A stretch of DNA of 64,000 bases from Escherichia coli (GTDB lineage Bacteria > Pseudomonadota > Gammaproteobacteria > Enterobacterales > Enterobacteriaceae): NCBI RefSeq assembly GCF_046105845.1, contig NZ_CP151004.1; one strand, written 5' to 3'. The notes beneath the pieces were generated by a model. The model made no database searches, was not told the DNA's origin, and saw only the letters and a list, made by a program, of their open reading frames with translations. The translations under genes and the position numbers were made by a program. Positions 10,401-22,369 of the stretch are shown here, one piece after another (the stretch's first letter is position 1; the number at the start of each line of letters is the position of its first letter).

Positions 10401-12041
10401 TCACACTGTAGCGAAACTAACTGGTTCACCAGCTCCGCGAGGTACTGCCGACACGGAATGTTTGTTCAGACGAAATACGTCCACCGCCTCAGCTAATCGT
10501 GCCGCCTGTTCTTCAAGGGACACCGCCGCCGCTGAGGCCTCTTCTACCAGAGAAGCATTCTGTTGCGTCACCTTATCCATTTCAGAAATCGCCTGGCTAA
10601 CCTGCGTTATGCCCCTACTTTGCTCATCCGAGGCGGCGGCAATTTCCTGCATGATATGTGTGACACTCGCGACGGCATCAACAATAGTGCTCATGGTTTT
10701 CCCGGCCGTGGCCACCTCATCCGATCCCAGGTCAATTAACCTGACTGATTCACTGATCAAGCCTTCAATCTCTTTCGCCGCCTGAGCGCTGCGGCTTGCG
10801 AGTGTCCGTACTTCGCTGGCGACAACGGCAAATCCACGCCCTTGCTCACCCGCTCGCGCGGCTTCAACGGCAGCATTCAGTGCCAGAATATTCGTCTGGA
10901 AAGCAATACTGTTGATGACGGCGGTGATCTCAGAAATTTTCTTCGAACTCGTGGAGATAGCGCCCATCGTTTTTACTACACCGGAAACCGTCTGCCCGCC
11001 ATTGCAGGCTTTAATAGAAGCCTCTTGCGCCAGTTTGCTGGCATGATGCGCGTTATCTGCATTCTGTTTCACCGTCGCAGTAAGTTGCTCCATGCTGGCG
11101 GCAGTTTGTTCGATAGCCGCCGCTTGTTCTTCGGTGCGAGATGACAGGTCCGCATTGCCAGCTGAAATTTCGCTGGTGCCACGATAAATCTCTTCCGCAC
11201 CCTGTCGAACAGTCCCTACTGTCATCCCCAGTGAATGCTGCATTTGCTGTAAATGACGACTTAAGCGACCGATTTCATTACGACCTGCCGGATCATCATT
11301 CATCGTCAGATCGCCACTGGCGATTTTTTCAATCCGTTGTGCGGCATGTTGCAGTGGACGAATGACAATCCGACGTAGCACCATAAATGTTATCAGTGTC
11401 ATGACCAGGGCAAGCACAAACGCGCCAATCATGAACATCCCACCCAGGCGGGTGCGCTGATGGGCCAGTTCCGCCAGTTGGTTGGCTCTGGTGCTACGTA
11501 TCTTAACGGCTTTGCTCAAAATATCGGTATAAGCATTATCCAGCGGTCGGATCTGCTCACTTTCATGATTGATAATCGCTTCAAACATGCCATTTTTGGC
11601 ATATTTCAACATCGGTTGCATACCCGTGATATAAGCCTGGAAGCGTTGATTTAATTCAGTGTCGAGGGCTTCATCAGCAGGTGTTTTCACCGACCGATTC
11701 TGATAAGCACGATACCCTTGCTGCGACTGTTTAATCTCCGATTCGGCTTGCGCAATATTTCGCTTCATTGCTTCCATTTCCGCAATACGACTCGCTGCCC
11801 CGGCCTGAATCATATTGACCCGGGCTGAACGCAAAAAATCTGAACTGTTCGCTAACCCGGTCCGAATCTCAATTTCCGCAGTAACATCCCGCTGATCGCG
11901 ATCGGCCTGCCAGAGGAAATAGCCAGCCAGAGCTGAACTTAATGCGAATAGAACTAAGATACCGCCAAGAATGCAGGCAAATAACGGAACCAGCCTGATG
12001 TGATGCAAAAAACCTAATCGCTGTGAGGGAGTTGTATTCAT
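10401..12041 (-). CDS. trg: Methyl-accepting chemotaxis protein III (ribose/galactose sensor) Trg
   Basis: 546-aa ORF with MCP signalling domain and methylation region ([21 protein letters not shown]); K-12 synteny. Confidence 0.93.
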   Translation of the reverse strand: MNTTPSQRLGFLHHIRLVPLFACILGGILVLFALSSALAGYFLWQADRDQRDVTAEIEIRTGLANSSDFLRSARVNMIQAGAASRIAEMEAMKRNIAQAESEIKQSQQGYRAYQNRSVKTPADEALDTELNQRFQAYITGMQPMLKYAKNGMFEAIINHESEQIRPLDNAYTDILSKAVKIRSTRANQLAELAHQRTRLGGMFMIGAFVLALVMTLITFMVLRRIVIRPLQHAAQRIEKIASGDLTMNDDPAGRNEIGRLSRHLQQMQHSLGMTVGTVRQGAEEIYRGTSEISAGNADLSSRTEEQAAAIEQTAASMEQLTATVKQNADNAHHASKLAQEASIKACNGGQTVSGVVKTMGAISTSSKKISEITAVINSIAFQTNILALNAAVEAARAGEQGRGFAVVASEVRTLASRSAQAAKEIEGLISESVRLIDLGSDEVATAGKTMSTIVDAVASVTHIMQEIAAASDEQSRGITQVSQAISEMDKVTQQNASLVEEASAAAVSLEEQAARLAEAVDVFRLNKHSVSAVPRGAGEPVSFATV

Positions 12042-12080
12042 TACCGTTGTCTCTCTTCCAGGTTTACTCCTGATAGAAAG

Positions 12081-12107
12081 TCATCGGCACTTGACGGTAA
12101 TTTCTTA
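12081..12107 (-). promoter_or_regulatory. Putative sigma-28 (FliA) promoter for trg: TAAG-N15-GCCGATGA on minus strand
   Basis: Reverse complement of 12081-12107 reads taag aaattaccgtcaagt gccgatga, close to FliA consensus TAAA-N15-GCCGATAA, about 40-65 nt upstream of trg ATG. Confidence 0.5.
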
Positions 12108-12334
12108 CGACCAAAAACCTCTTTGCGTCACATTTTTACAACAATTATGGCAGAGAAGATTAATGCCATTGGAATGAAGAGAGTAACGAATGATTAAACT
12201 GGCTAAACCGAATGACGAAAAATTCTGGAAAACAGCACGCAATTTCGTCAGGTGATTATTTTCGTCCCTAAGGAAACCACATAGGATGCTCACGGGTGCC
12301 TGAGACTTTCTGTTTTCAGGCTAACCGGGAATCA

Positions 12335-12381
12335 GAAAGACGAAGGCCCCGACCGATATTTCTATCAACCGAGGCCAACGA

Positions 12382-12395
<14 letters not shown>
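12335..12395 (-). ncRNA. sokB: Approximate position of SokB antisense RNA (antitoxin of hokB), inferred by locus architecture only
   Basis: hok/sok loci encode Sok antisense to the mok translation-initiation region; boundaries not determinable by eye. Confidence 0.3.
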
Positions 12396-12589
<194 letters not shown>

Positions 12590-12653
12590 GGGCAAGCGCG
12601 GGGATTTTCCCCGCGCATCTGACTAGCGGATTCATTTTCTCATGGCACCCCTT

Positions 12654-12833
12654 TTACACTTCAGTAGTGCATGTTTTTTTCGATGCACTAATAGAACCAT
12701 CATTACAGACAAATTTGCCGCCTGCCGTACAGTGTGAGATCCCCCCTTTAGAACCAGAACAGGGTTTGCGCCCGGCATCGGCATAAAAGGAAACAAGCGC
12801 TCCCATAACCAAGATAAGTGCCAGTTTTTTCAT
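12654..12833 (-). CDS. ydcA: Small secreted/lipoprotein-like protein YdcA
   Basis: 59-aa product [59 protein letters not shown] with SD (ggaggt) upstream; missed by ORF track. Confidence 0.8.
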   Translation of the reverse strand: MKKLALILVMGALVSFYADAGRKPCSGSKGGISHCTAGGKFVCNDGSISASKKTCTTEV

Positions 12834-13003
12834 ATAACCTCCATGGTTTATCGAATCTTATGTTCGATTTGAACGTTATACGCTGGTTTATTTTGATACC
12901 GTTGATGAGATCAAAGATCGGGTGAATTGATTAAAGATAAGCCAGATGGACGTATGGACCAGGATTATGGTTTTATTTGTCATACAAATAAATATAATAG
13001 GCG

Positions 13004-13068
13004 CTTCCGATGTAGGCCCGTATTCTTCGCCTGTACCACGGGTCGGTTTTAGTACAGGCGTTTTCTTT
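13004..13068 (+). ncRNA. rydC: RydC small regulatory RNA (Hfq-dependent)
   Basis: cttccgatgtaggcccgtattcttcgcctgtaccacgggtcggttttagtacaggcgttttctt matches remembered RydC sequence nearly base-for-base; located between ydcA and cybB as in K-12. Confidence 0.85.
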
Positions 13069-13077
13069 AAATATCCT

Positions 13078-13608
13078 TCAGGAACGTTTACGCGGCATCA
13101 TGCGTAGAAGTGTGTTGTCCTTCCAGAAATAATGGTGTGCCAGTGCAGCCGCAGCGTGCAACCCGATGACAAAGTATCCCATATTCGCCAGCGTTTCATG
13201 CCACGACTTTAAGCTATCAACCCGTTCGAAATTGGCCTCTGATGCATAAGGCATCGTCATACCAAACGCAAACCACGGGTTACCCCGGTTATACATCATC
13301 ACCAAACCAATCACTGGCAGCGCAATAAACAGGAGATAGATCACCAAATGTCCCAAATGCGCCAGTCCCGTCATCATCGGTTTTGGCTTAGGTATAATCG
13401 GCGGGGTTGGGTATTTCAGCCTTAACAAAAGACGAACCACCATCAGCACGAGAATTGTGATGCCACAGGAAACATGAATCATGTTGATGAGCGGCCGATC
13501 GCTACGTGGGAAGAAACCACGAAACTCCATTGCGCAATACGCTGCGATAACCAGCAAAAAGACCAGCCAGTGAATGCTGATTTGTAACCTTGAGTATTTA
13601 TTTTCCAT
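13078..13608 (-). CDS. cybB: Cytochrome b561 CybB
   Basis: Start trimmed to MENKYSRLQISIHWLVFLL (176 aa); His-rich heme-binding TM protein. Confidence 0.9.
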   Translation of the reverse strand: MENKYSRLQISIHWLVFLLVIAAYCAMEFRGFFPRSDRPLINMIHVSCGITILVLMVVRLLLRLKYPTPPIIPKPKPMMTGLAHLGHLVIYLLFIALPVIGLVMMYNRGNPWFAFGMTMPYASEANFERVDSLKSWHETLANMGYFVIGLHAAAALAHHYFWKDNTLLRMMPRKRS

Positions 13609-13796
13609 AACATTTCCTGCTTTAAAACAATTTGCCGTTAACATAACGAGCTTTTCTTAAAATTTCATTAAATATTGTTCACCCGTTTTCAGTACGTTAC
13701 GTTTCACGGCAAGAATGTAGATTGCCCATCCCGCCATCCTGGTCTAAGCCTGGAAAGGATCAATTTTCATCCGAACGTTCCTGACAGGAGAAGACC

Positions 13797-14798
13797 ATGA
13801 GTAAAGTTGGTATTAACGGTTTTGGTCGTATCGGTCGACTGGTGTTGCGTCGATTACTTGAAGTCAAAAGCAACATAGACATTGTTGCTATTAATGATCT
13901 CACTTCCCCAAAAATTCTCGCCTACCTGTTGAAACATGATTCAAACTACGGACCGTTCCCCTGGAGCGTTGATTTTACGGAAGATTCACTTATCGTTGAT
14001 GGAAAAAGTATCGCGGTTTACGCCGAAAAAGAGGCTAAAAATATTCCATGGAAAGCGAAAGGCGCAGAAATCATTGTCGAATGTACTGGCTTTTATACCT
14101 CCGCCGAGAAATCGCAGGCGCACCTTGATGCTGGTGCGAAGAAGGTGTTGATTTCCGCCCCTGCCGGTGAAATGAAAACCATCGTTTATAACGTCAATGA
14201 CGACACACTGGATGGCAACGACACCATTGTTTCCGTGGCGTCATGCACCACTAATTGTCTTGCACCGATGGCCAAAGCCTTGCACGACAGTTTCGGAATA
14301 GAAGTCGGCACGATGACGACCATTCATGCCTATACCGGCACTCAGTCACTGGTGGATGGTCCGCGAGGTAAAGATCTACGCGCTTCACGTGCAGCGGCAG
14401 AAAATATCATTCCCCACACTACAGGTGCGGCAAAAGCCATTGGTCTGGTGATCCCGGAACTGAGCGGCAAACTGAAAGGTCATGCGCAACGCGTGCCGGT
14501 GAAAACAGGTTCGGTGACTGAGCTGGTATCGATTCTCGGAAAAAAAGTGACTGCCGAAGAGGTGAATAACGCACTTAAACAAGCAACCACCAATAACGAG
14601 TCATTTGGTTATACCGATGAAGAAATAGTCTCTTCCGATATCATTGGCAGCCATTTCGGTTCGGTGTTTGATGCCACGCAAACGGAAATTACCGCCGTGG
14701 GCGATTTACAACTGGTGAAAACGGTCGCCTGGTACGATAACGAATATGGCTTCGTCACGCAGCTTATTCGCACCCTCGAAAAGTTCGCTAAACTCTGA
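13797..14798 (+). CDS. gapC: Glyceraldehyde-3-phosphate dehydrogenase GapC, full-length (333 aa)
   Basis: Intact ORF with GAPDH motifs ([21 protein letters not shown]); at K-12 gapC position. Confidence 0.9.
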   Translation: MSKVGINGFGRIGRLVLRRLLEVKSNIDIVAINDLTSPKILAYLLKHDSNYGPFPWSVDFTEDSLIVDGKSIAVYAEKEAKNIPWKAKGAEIIVECTGFYTSAEKSQAHLDAGAKKVLISAPAGEMKTIVYNVNDDTLDGNDTIVSVASCTTNCLAPMAKALHDSFGIEVGTMTTIHAYTGTQSLVDGPRGKDLRASRAAAENIIPHTTGAAKAIGLVIPELSGKLKGHAQRVPVKTGSVTELVSILGKKVTAEEVNNALKQATTNNESFGYTDEEIVSSDIIGSHFGSVFDATQTEITAVGDLQLVKTVAWYDNEYGFVTQLIRTLEKFAKL

Positions 14799-14806
14799 CG
14801 CGCAAA

Positions 14807-14835
14807 GGCGGAGGGGAAAACCTCCGCCTCTTTTA
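14807..14835 (+). terminator. Rho-independent terminator after gapC (ggcggagg-ggaaaa-cctccgcc + TCTTTT)
   Basis: 8-bp GC-rich stem followed by T-run, between convergent gapC and aldA. Confidence 0.7.
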
Positions 14836-14839
14836 CTCA

Positions 14840-16279
14840 TTACGACTGTAAATAAACCACCTGGGTCTGCAGGTATTCATGCAAGCCATGTTTGCCATCT
14901 GCGCCGCCAATACCCGATTTACGCCATCCGGCGTGGAATCCTTGCATAGCTTCGAAGTTTTCACGGTTGATGTAAGTTTCACCAAACTTCAGCCCTTTAA
15001 TGGCTTTCATCGCGACGTTCAGATTTTGGGTATAGAGTGATGAGGTCAGGCCGTAATCACTGTCATTAGCCATTGAGATAGCCTCTTCCAGCGTGTCAAA
15101 TGCGACCACTGGCAGCACCGGGCCAAAGGTTTCCTCGTGCATAATCGACATTTCCTGGCGAACATCCAGCAGCAATGTCGGCGGATAATAATATCCTTTC
15201 CCCTCTACCGCTTTGCCACCCAACGCCACTCTCGCCCCTTCTTCTACTGCGCGCGCCACTTTTTGCTCGACCCTTTCCAGCGCCGCGGCGTTAATCAACG
15301 GCCCCATCGCAATGTCGTTGCGTTCAGCGGGGTTACCAAATTGAACCGCCTGCATCGCTTCACCCAGCCGATTGACGAACTGATCATAAATGCCTTTCTG
15401 TACATAAACACGTTCTGCACAGTTACACACTTGCCCACTATTAATGACGCGTGAATCAACGATGGCTTTGACTGCCAGTTCAAGATCGGCATCGTCCATT
15501 ACGATAGCCGGTGCTTTACCCCCCAATTCCAGGCACACTTTGGTGATGTTTTTCGCCGCAGTCGTCATAATCTTTTCACCTGCAGAGACGCTGCCTGTCA
15601 TACTGACCATTGCGACCTTTGGGTTACCCGCCAGTTCTTGCCCAACGGTTTCACCACGCCCCAGAACAAGGTTAAACACGCCGCGCGGAAGGCCTATTTC
15701 ATCGACGATTTTGGCGAATGCAATCGCATTGTTTGGCGTAAATTCACTGGGTTTAATGACGATGGTATTACCGGTCAAAAGAGCGGGAGCCATTTTGCGG
15801 GCAATGAGGAAGAACGGGAAGTTCCACGGCAGAATGCCGGTAGTCACGCCAAGCGCACGTTTAAACAGAAGAATATTTTCTCCTGGACGATCGCTTTGAA
15901 TAATCTCGCCTTCATAACGCCGTGCCCACTCCGCCATGTAATCGATATAGTCCGCAGTAAAAGCCACTTCGACTTCAGCCAACTGCTGGATCTTGCCCCC
16001 TTCTTCAACAATCAGCGCACTGATTTCACTGGCGCGTTCGCGGATCCCGGCGGAGATTTTGCGCAACCAACTGGCGCGTTCAATAGCAGGCAACGCTTCC
16101 CATTCTGGTTGTGCACGTTCTGCTGCATCGATTGCTTTACGGGCATCCTCGGCCTGACCATCGGGAATGCGGGAAATGACCGCCTCTGTAGCAGGGTTTA
16201 CCACATCAATCCATGCGTCTCCACGCCAGGTAACAAACTGTCCATCAATATACATAGGATGTTGAACGGGTACTGACAT
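14840..16279 (-). CDS. aldA: Lactaldehyde/glycolaldehyde dehydrogenase AldA (NAD-dependent aldehyde dehydrogenase)
   Basis: 479-aa ORF, aldehyde dehydrogenase signatures (catalytic Cys region VCNCAERVYVQ, ELGGKAP); K-12 synteny. Confidence 0.93.
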   Translation of the reverse strand: MSVPVQHPMYIDGQFVTWRGDAWIDVVNPATEAVISRIPDGQAEDARKAIDAAERAQPEWEALPAIERASWLRKISAGIRERASEISALIVEEGGKIQQLAEVEVAFTADYIDYMAEWARRYEGEIIQSDRPGENILLFKRALGVTTGILPWNFPFFLIARKMAPALLTGNTIVIKPSEFTPNNAIAFAKIVDEIGLPRGVFNLVLGRGETVGQELAGNPKVAMVSMTGSVSAGEKIMTTAAKNITKVCLELGGKAPAIVMDDADLELAVKAIVDSRVINSGQVCNCAERVYVQKGIYDQFVNRLGEAMQAVQFGNPAERNDIAMGPLINAAALERVEQKVARAVEEGARVALGGKAVEGKGYYYPPTLLLDVRQEMSIMHEETFGPVLPVVAFDTLEEAISMANDSDYGLTSSLYTQNLNVAMKAIKGLKFGETYINRENFEAMQGFHAGWRKSGIGGADGKHGLHEYLQTQVVYLQS

Positions 16280-16475
16280 GGGCGACTCCTGTGATTTATA
16301 TGTTTGTTTTCGGTGAATACATTGTTAATTAACATCAATCATCAAAGAGACGGCATCGTGAAAGGACAATTCTGTGAAGGGCTTCATAAAAACAAGTGTA
16401 AAAGGAATAAAAGGCAGAAATAAACGTCAGGAGTCATGCCCGTTTGCAAACAAGTGGTTCACAAACGGGCAATTT

Positions 16476-17276
16476 TTAACGTAACGAGCGACTTTCCATC
16501 GCCTCGATGAGCACCGCATCGTGTTTCAGCGTTTGCCATGCATGGATGACTTCTGCCGGAAAATCAACGTGAACGATAAAATCTCGCCCGCGGGGACCGT
16601 AGCCATCGCTATCATCGCGTAAACGCGGCAGCTCGCCAGTGAGTAGTGAGAGATAACGCTCAACCGGCCATAATCCTTGCAACGGATTAACAAAGATTAC
16701 ACTGTCTGCGTTGTTTCCTAGCTGAGGAACGAATCCGGGATAACTTAACCAGCGTGGTGCATCGGGATTGTCCCCAGTCATACGGCGGAACGTCGCCATC
16801 GTGCGCCGCTGCATGGTGGGGTCCTGAACAACGATAGCCGTATGAACTCGTTCTACGGCCTGATTCAATAGCGCGATGCTAAAGCGTGCGTTTTCACCGC
16901 AGTTTGTTGACTGGTCTTCAATCCAGATTTTTTCATGCGGAATGTGCCAGAACTGATGAGCGATATCCGCCAGGATGGTCGCTTCTGCTCTGCCAGTGGT
17001 GCGGATAGTGTTGTAGTGCGGATGCTGTGCGATGGCACTATACAAAAAAGTTGTCGAGTGACCGATACCACCACTAATCAGTAGAGGAATTTGCTGATCG
17101 CGGGCAATCTTGCATGCCGCATCGATAGTTGGCATAACCGCATTGCCTGCAAGGATCACGCAATCGGCCTGATACGGCATCTCACCGGAGAAATCATCCT
17201 GCGCCAGCCACTGACCGATAACATTTATGGCATCTATGGTTGCCGGCGAAAGCGTCGGAAACGGGGTAATGTTCAT
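16476..17276 (-). CDS. ydcF: DUF218-family protein YdcF
   Basis: 266-aa ORF, strong SD (aggagg) upstream; K-12 synteny. Confidence 0.85.
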   Translation of the reverse strand: MNITPFPTLSPATIDAINVIGQWLAQDDFSGEMPYQADCVILAGNAVMPTIDAACKIARDQQIPLLISGGIGHSTTFLYSAIAQHPHYNTIRTTGRAEATILADIAHQFWHIPHEKIWIEDQSTNCGENARFSIALLNQAVERVHTAIVVQDPTMQRRTMATFRRMTGDNPDAPRWLSYPGFVPQLGNNADSVIFVNPLQGLWPVERYLSLLTGELPRLRDDSDGYGPRGRDFIVHVDFPAEVIHAWQTLKHDAVLIEAMESRSLR

Positions 17277-17490
17277 GGTTCCTCCTTATCGTTCCCTTAA
17301 GAATACTGCGTGAGATAATAGTGAGAAGCGGAGCACTCTGAAAGGAGGAAGTCGTATTTCCTTAACCGCCACTCCGCAAGCCTGACATATCTTTTAAGGA
17401 AATGCTGTAGATAAACATTATTCATCTTGCAGCTGAGAATTGTATTTTTCTGAATTCCTGAATTTTTGCCCTTACCGTTTTAGAATTAAT

Positions 17491-17519
17491 AAAAAACCCG
17501 GCGCTAAATGCTTACCGGG
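17491..17519 (-). terminator. Probable hrpA terminator (short stem cccgg...ccggg followed by T6 on minus strand)
   Basis: Hairpin about 30 nt downstream of hrpA stop with A6 on plus strand. Confidence 0.5.
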
Positions 17520-17547
17520 TTTTAGATTTATCAGGCAAATAGCAGTG

Positions 17548-20500
17548 TTAACCGCTAATCTGCTCCATCGCCTGCAAAATACGCTTATCTGAAATCGGAT
17601 AAGGCGTACCAAGTTGTTGAGCGAAGTAACTAACGCGCAACTCTTCTATCATCCAACGGATCTCTTTAACGTCTTCATCCTCACGACGTGCGGGCGGTAG
17701 TTTGTTGAACCATTGCTGCCACGCCTGCTGGACGTTTTCGACTTTCAGCATCTGAGCACGGTCGCGATGCGGATCAACCGCCAGTTTTTCCAGTCGTTTT
17801 TCAATCGCCTGCAAATAACGCAGCGTGTCGCCCAGCCGTTTAAAACCGTTGCCAGTGACAAAACCGCGATACACCAGCCCGCCCATCTGCGCTTTAATGT
17901 CAGAAAGCCCCAGCGCCATGGTCATATCCACCCGCCCTTTCAGGCGTTTGTTGATATTGAACACTGCCGTAAGGATTTGCTCGACCTGCTTTGCAATATC
18001 CACCACCGTGTCGTTCAGTTCAGCGCGAACTTTTTCATGCAGCGCAGCAAAGCCTTCTTCCGTCCAGACCGGGCCACCATTGGCGTCGATCAGTTGATCC
18101 ACACCGCAGGAGATACAGTCGTCGATCAGCTCCAGCACTTTGCCATACGGGTTAAAGTACAGCCCAAGTTTGGCTTTGTTTGGCAACTTCTCATGCAAGT
18201 ATTTGATTGGTGAAGGAATATTCAGCAGCAGTAAACGACGAAGACCGTTCCACATCGCTTGCTTTTGTTCCAGCGGGTTATCAAACAGTTTGATCGCCAC
18301 GCTGTCGCGCTCATCCACCAACGCTGGCCACGCCTTCACTTTGTAGTTGCCACGCTTCTGTTCGTAGCTTTCCGGCAGCTGACCAAAACTCCAGATATGT
18401 AAGCCGCTCTGCTCGATACCGTCATCCGCCACCGCAGACAGCGTTTCCTGCACTTTGCCTTTCAGAGCATCTTTCAGATCCTGTAATGAGCGCCCTTCTT
18501 TTAACTTCTTGTTTTTGTCATCCACCACACGGAAGGTGATTTTCAGGTGATCGGGCACCTGATCCCAGTGCCAGTCTTCGCGGTCAACGGTGACGCCAGT
18601 CATCCGCCGTAGCTCTCGTTCAAGACTGTCGAGCAACGGCAATTCCAGCGGTGTGACGCGGCCTAGAAACGCTTCGGCGTAGGTTGGCGCGGGCACAAAA
18701 TTACGGCGTACTGGTTTCGGCAACGATTTAATCAGAGCAATCACCAGTTCGCGGCGCAGACCGGGGATCTGCCACTCAAACCCGCTCTCCTCAACCTGGT
18801 TAAGTAACGGCAGCGGGATATGCACAGTCACACCGTCAGCATCTGCCCCCGGCTCAAACTGATAGCTCAAACGCAGTTTGAGATTGCCCTGATGCCAGAA
18901 GTTCGGGTAATCCAGCTTGCTGATCTTTTCCGCCCCTTCTTTGATCAACATGCTCTTTTCAAAGTTGAGCAAATCAGGCGTTTCGCGGCTGACTTTTTTC
19001 CACCAGCTGTCGAAGTGACGTGCGGAGATCACATCGTGGCTGATGCGCTGGTCGTAAAACTCAAACAGCGTTTCGTCATCCACCAGAATATCGCGGCGAC
19101 GTGTTTTGTGTTCCAGTTCTTCCACTTCGGCCCGTAGTTTCAGGTTTTCACGGAAGAATGCGTGACGCGTCTGCCAGTCACCTTCCACCAGCGCGTGGCG
19201 AATAAAGAGTTCACGACATAACGCCGGATCGATCTGGCTGTAGTTGACCTTGCGCGCGGCAACAATCGGCAAGCCATAAACAGTGACTTTTTCCGTTGCC
19301 ATCACCGCGCCCTGCGCCCGTTCCCAGTGTGGTTCGCTGTAGGTGCGTTTAATTAAATGCTGAGCAACTGGCTCCACCCATTCTGGATCGATGCGTGCCG
19401 CAATGCGCCCCCACAGGCGGCTGGTTTCTACCAGTTCCGCCACCATTACCCATTTCGGCGGCTTTTTGAATAAACCAGAACCGGGAAAGATGGAAAAACG
19501 CGCGTTACGTGCGCCGGTATATTCTTGTTTATCGGCATCTTTCATGCCGATATGGGAAAGCAAACCGGTCAGTAAGGCGATGTGAATTTCGCGATACTCC
19601 GCCGGTTCGCTGTTAACCGGAATGCCAAGTTCTTTCACCACCTGGCGCAACTGGGTGTAGATATCCTGCCATTCGCGCACGCGCAGATAGTTGAGATAAT
19701 CGGTACGACACAGGCGACGGAAGGCGTTAGAAGAAAGCGCCTTTTGCTGCTCGCCAAGATAATTCCACAGATTTACAAACGCGAGGAAGTCGGATTCTTT
19801 GTCGTGGAAGCGACGATGTTTTTCGTCCGATGCCTGCTGTTTGTCCATTGGTCGCTCACGCGGATCCTGAATGGAGAGCGCGGACGTGATAATCATCGCC
19901 TCACGCACGCAGCCATGTTTTTGCGCTTCCAGCACCATACGCGCCAGACGAGGATCGACAGGCAATTGCGAAAGCTGGCGACCGAGCGGCGTTAGTTTAT
20001 AGGCGCTGGCCTGTTCATCAGTGGTGATCGCACCCAGCTCTTCAAGCAGACGCACGCCATCCTGGATATTGCGTTTATCCGGTGCTTCGACAAACGGGAA
20101 CGCCGCGATATCACCCAGCCCCAGCGCGGTCATCTGCAAAATAACCGAGGCCAGGTTGGTACGCAGAATCTCCGGATCGGTAAACTCCGGGCGCGAGAGG
20201 AAATCGTCTTCGGAATAGAGACGAATACAGATCCCTTCAGACACACGACCACAGCGGCCTTTACGCTGATTGGCAGACGCCTGCGAAATCGGCTCAATCG
20301 GCAAACGCTGCACTTTGGTGCGATAGCTGTAGCGGCTGATACGTGCTGTACCGGGGTCGATAACGTATTTAATCCCCGGTACGGTCAGCGAGGTTTCCGC
20401 GACGTTGGTCGCCAGCACAATACGCCGTCCGCTGTGCGACTGGAACACGCGGTTCTGTTCGCTGTTCGAAAGCCGCGCATAAAGCGGCAAGATTTCGGTA

Positions 20501-21450
20501 TGCCGCAGATTTAGCTTGTTCAGCGCATCGGCGGTATCGCGAATTTCCCGCTCACCGCTCATAAAGATCAGAATGTCGCCTGGGCTTTCCTGACTCAGTT
20601 CGTCTACGGCGTCAAAAATCGCCTGCAGCTGATCGCGCTCGGTGTCATCGGCTTCTTCAACAATCGGTCGATAGCGCACTTCCACCGGATAGGTCCGACC
20701 GGAGACTTCGATAATCGGCGCATTATTAAAGTGGCGCGAAAAGCGTTCCGGGTCGATAGTCGCGGAAGTGATAATGATTTTTAGGTCAGGACGCCGCGGT
20801 AGCAACTCTTTCAAATAGCCGAGCAGAAAATCGATATTCAGGCTGCGTTCGTGCGCTTCGTCAATAATGATAGTGTCGTACTGCATCAGCAGGCGGTCTT
20901 GCTGGATCTCCGCCAGCAGGATACCGTCGGTCATCAGCTTGACCATCGTGTTATCACTAACGTGATCACTGAAACGCACTTTGTAACCGATGCAACCGCC
21001 CGGCTCCGTTTTCAGCTCTTCCGCAATACGGTTCGCCACCGTTCGCGCAGCCAGACGACGCGGCTGGGTATGGCCGATCAGCCCTTTAATCCCGCGCCCC
21101 AGCTCCATACAGATTTTCGGTAGCTGAGTCGTTTTACCGGAACCCGTTTCCCCGGCGACGATCACTACCTGGTGATCACGAATTGCTTCGAAAATGTCCT
21201 GCTTTTTCTGACTAACCGGCAAATTGTCCGGATAAGTGATTTCCGGTCGTGCCGCTTCACGCAGCAGGACTTTCCCTGCCGCATGGTCAATCTCTTTCGC
21301 CATCTCCTGGAAAATGGCCTGTTGTGCATCAGGATTTTTAACCTTCTTCACGCCGTGCAGACGGCGAGAAAAACGCAGTCTGTCGCGCAGCATCAGCGAA
21401 TCCAGCCGCTGCTGCAAGGCCGTAAAGGTCAATTTTTGTTGTTCTGTCAT
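17548..21450 (-). CDS. hrpA: ATP-dependent RNA helicase HrpA (DEAH-box)
   Basis: 1300-aa ORF with Walker A GETGSGKTTQLP and DEAH box; length identical to K-12 HrpA. Confidence 0.95.
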   Translation of the reverse strand: MTEQQKLTFTALQQRLDSLMLRDRLRFSRRLHGVKKVKNPDAQQAIFQEMAKEIDHAAGKVLLREAARPEITYPDNLPVSQKKQDIFEAIRDHQVVIVAGETGSGKTTQLPKICMELGRGIKGLIGHTQPRRLAARTVANRIAEELKTEPGGCIGYKVRFSDHVSDNTMVKLMTDGILLAEIQQDRLLMQYDTIIIDEAHERSLNIDFLLGYLKELLPRRPDLKIIITSATIDPERFSRHFNNAPIIEVSGRTYPVEVRYRPIVEEADDTERDQLQAIFDAVDELSQESPGDILIFMSGEREIRDTADALNKLNLRHTEILPLYARLSNSEQNRVFQSHSGRRIVLATNVAETSLTVPGIKYVIDPGTARISRYSYRTKVQRLPIEPISQASANQRKGRCGRVSEGICIRLYSEDDFLSRPEFTDPEILRTNLASVILQMTALGLGDIAAFPFVEAPDKRNIQDGVRLLEELGAITTDEQASAYKLTPLGRQLSQLPVDPRLARMVLEAQKHGCVREAMIITSALSIQDPRERPMDKQQASDEKHRRFHDKESDFLAFVNLWNYLGEQQKALSSNAFRRLCRTDYLNYLRVREWQDIYTQLRQVVKELGIPVNSEPAEYREIHIALLTGLLSHIGMKDADKQEYTGARNARFSIFPGSGLFKKPPKWVMVAELVETSRLWGRIAARIDPEWVEPVAQHLIKRTYSEPHWERAQGAVMATEKVTVYGLPIVAARKVNYSQIDPALCRELFIRHALVEGDWQTRHAFFRENLKLRAEVEELEHKTRRRDILVDDETLFEFYDQRISHDVISARHFDSWWKKVSRETPDLLNFEKSMLIKEGAEKISKLDYPNFWHQGNLKLRLSYQFEPGADADGVTVHIPLPLLNQVEESGFEWQIPGLRRELVIALIKSLPKPVRRNFVPAPTYAEAFLGRVTPLELPLLDSLERELRRMTGVTVDREDWHWDQVPDHLKITFRVVDDKNKKLKEGRSLQDLKDALKGKVQETLSAVADDGIEQSGLHIWSFGQLPESYEQKRGNYKVKAWPALVDERDSVAIKLFDNPLEQKQAMWNGLRRLLLLNIPSPIKYLHEKLPNKAKLGLYFNPYGKVLELIDDCISCGVDQLIDANGGPVWTEEGFAALHEKVRAELNDTVVDIAKQVEQILTAVFNINKRLKGRVDMTMALGLSDIKAQMGGLVYRGFVTGNGFKRLGDTLRYLQAIEKRLEKLAVDPHRDRAQMLKVENVQQAWQQWFNKLPPARREDEDVKEIRWMIEELRVSYFAQQLGTPYPISDKRILQAMEQISG

Positions 21451-21641
21451 AACGTTAGTGGGCAGTAGGCTGCCTGATTAATTTTCTTTTAAATGATAGA
21501 TATAGAGTACCACATCGCGGCTTTCTATGCGTTGTTCAATAAATTCGAACATAGGCTTCGATTTATTGCGCTATCTCTGTGGCAGGATTGTGAATAAAGT
21601 GTCAACAAGCAACGGGGCATCGCCCATTCAAACATCTATAA

Positions 21642-22256
<615 letters not shown>

Positions 22257-22270
22257 CCGGACACGGTCTT

Positions 22271-22300
22271 GATGTGGACTGTAGATATTCAGTCCACATC
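22271..22300. terminator. Bidirectional hairpin between convergent azoR and ydbC (gatgtggactg-N8-cagtccacatc)
   Basis: 11-bp perfect inverted repeat in the 113-bp intergenic region. Confidence 0.6.
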
Positions 22301-22369
22301 TTAATCCGCTTACCTGTTTTCTATCGCTTTGTGCTCTTCCTTAAGCACAATCTGCGAGCGCCTGACTCG

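Noticed and set aside
16440-16473. Hairpin gcccgtttgcaaac...caaacgggc downstream of ydcF as a separate regulatory element
   Set aside because: Most simply a ydcF terminator or part of the aldA upstream regulatory region; no specific binding-site consensus recognised with confidence.
17713-18213. Numerous 60-170-aa ORFs on the opposite strand inside long genes (e.g. 17713..18213 in hrpA, 31582..32088 in ydbK, 26509..26952 in ydbH, 15638..16276 in aldA, 6690..7076 in opgD)
   Set aside because: They lie entirely within well-supported genes on the other strand, lack ribosome-binding sites and have low-complexity or Arg/Ser-rich composition typical of antisense shadow ORFs.
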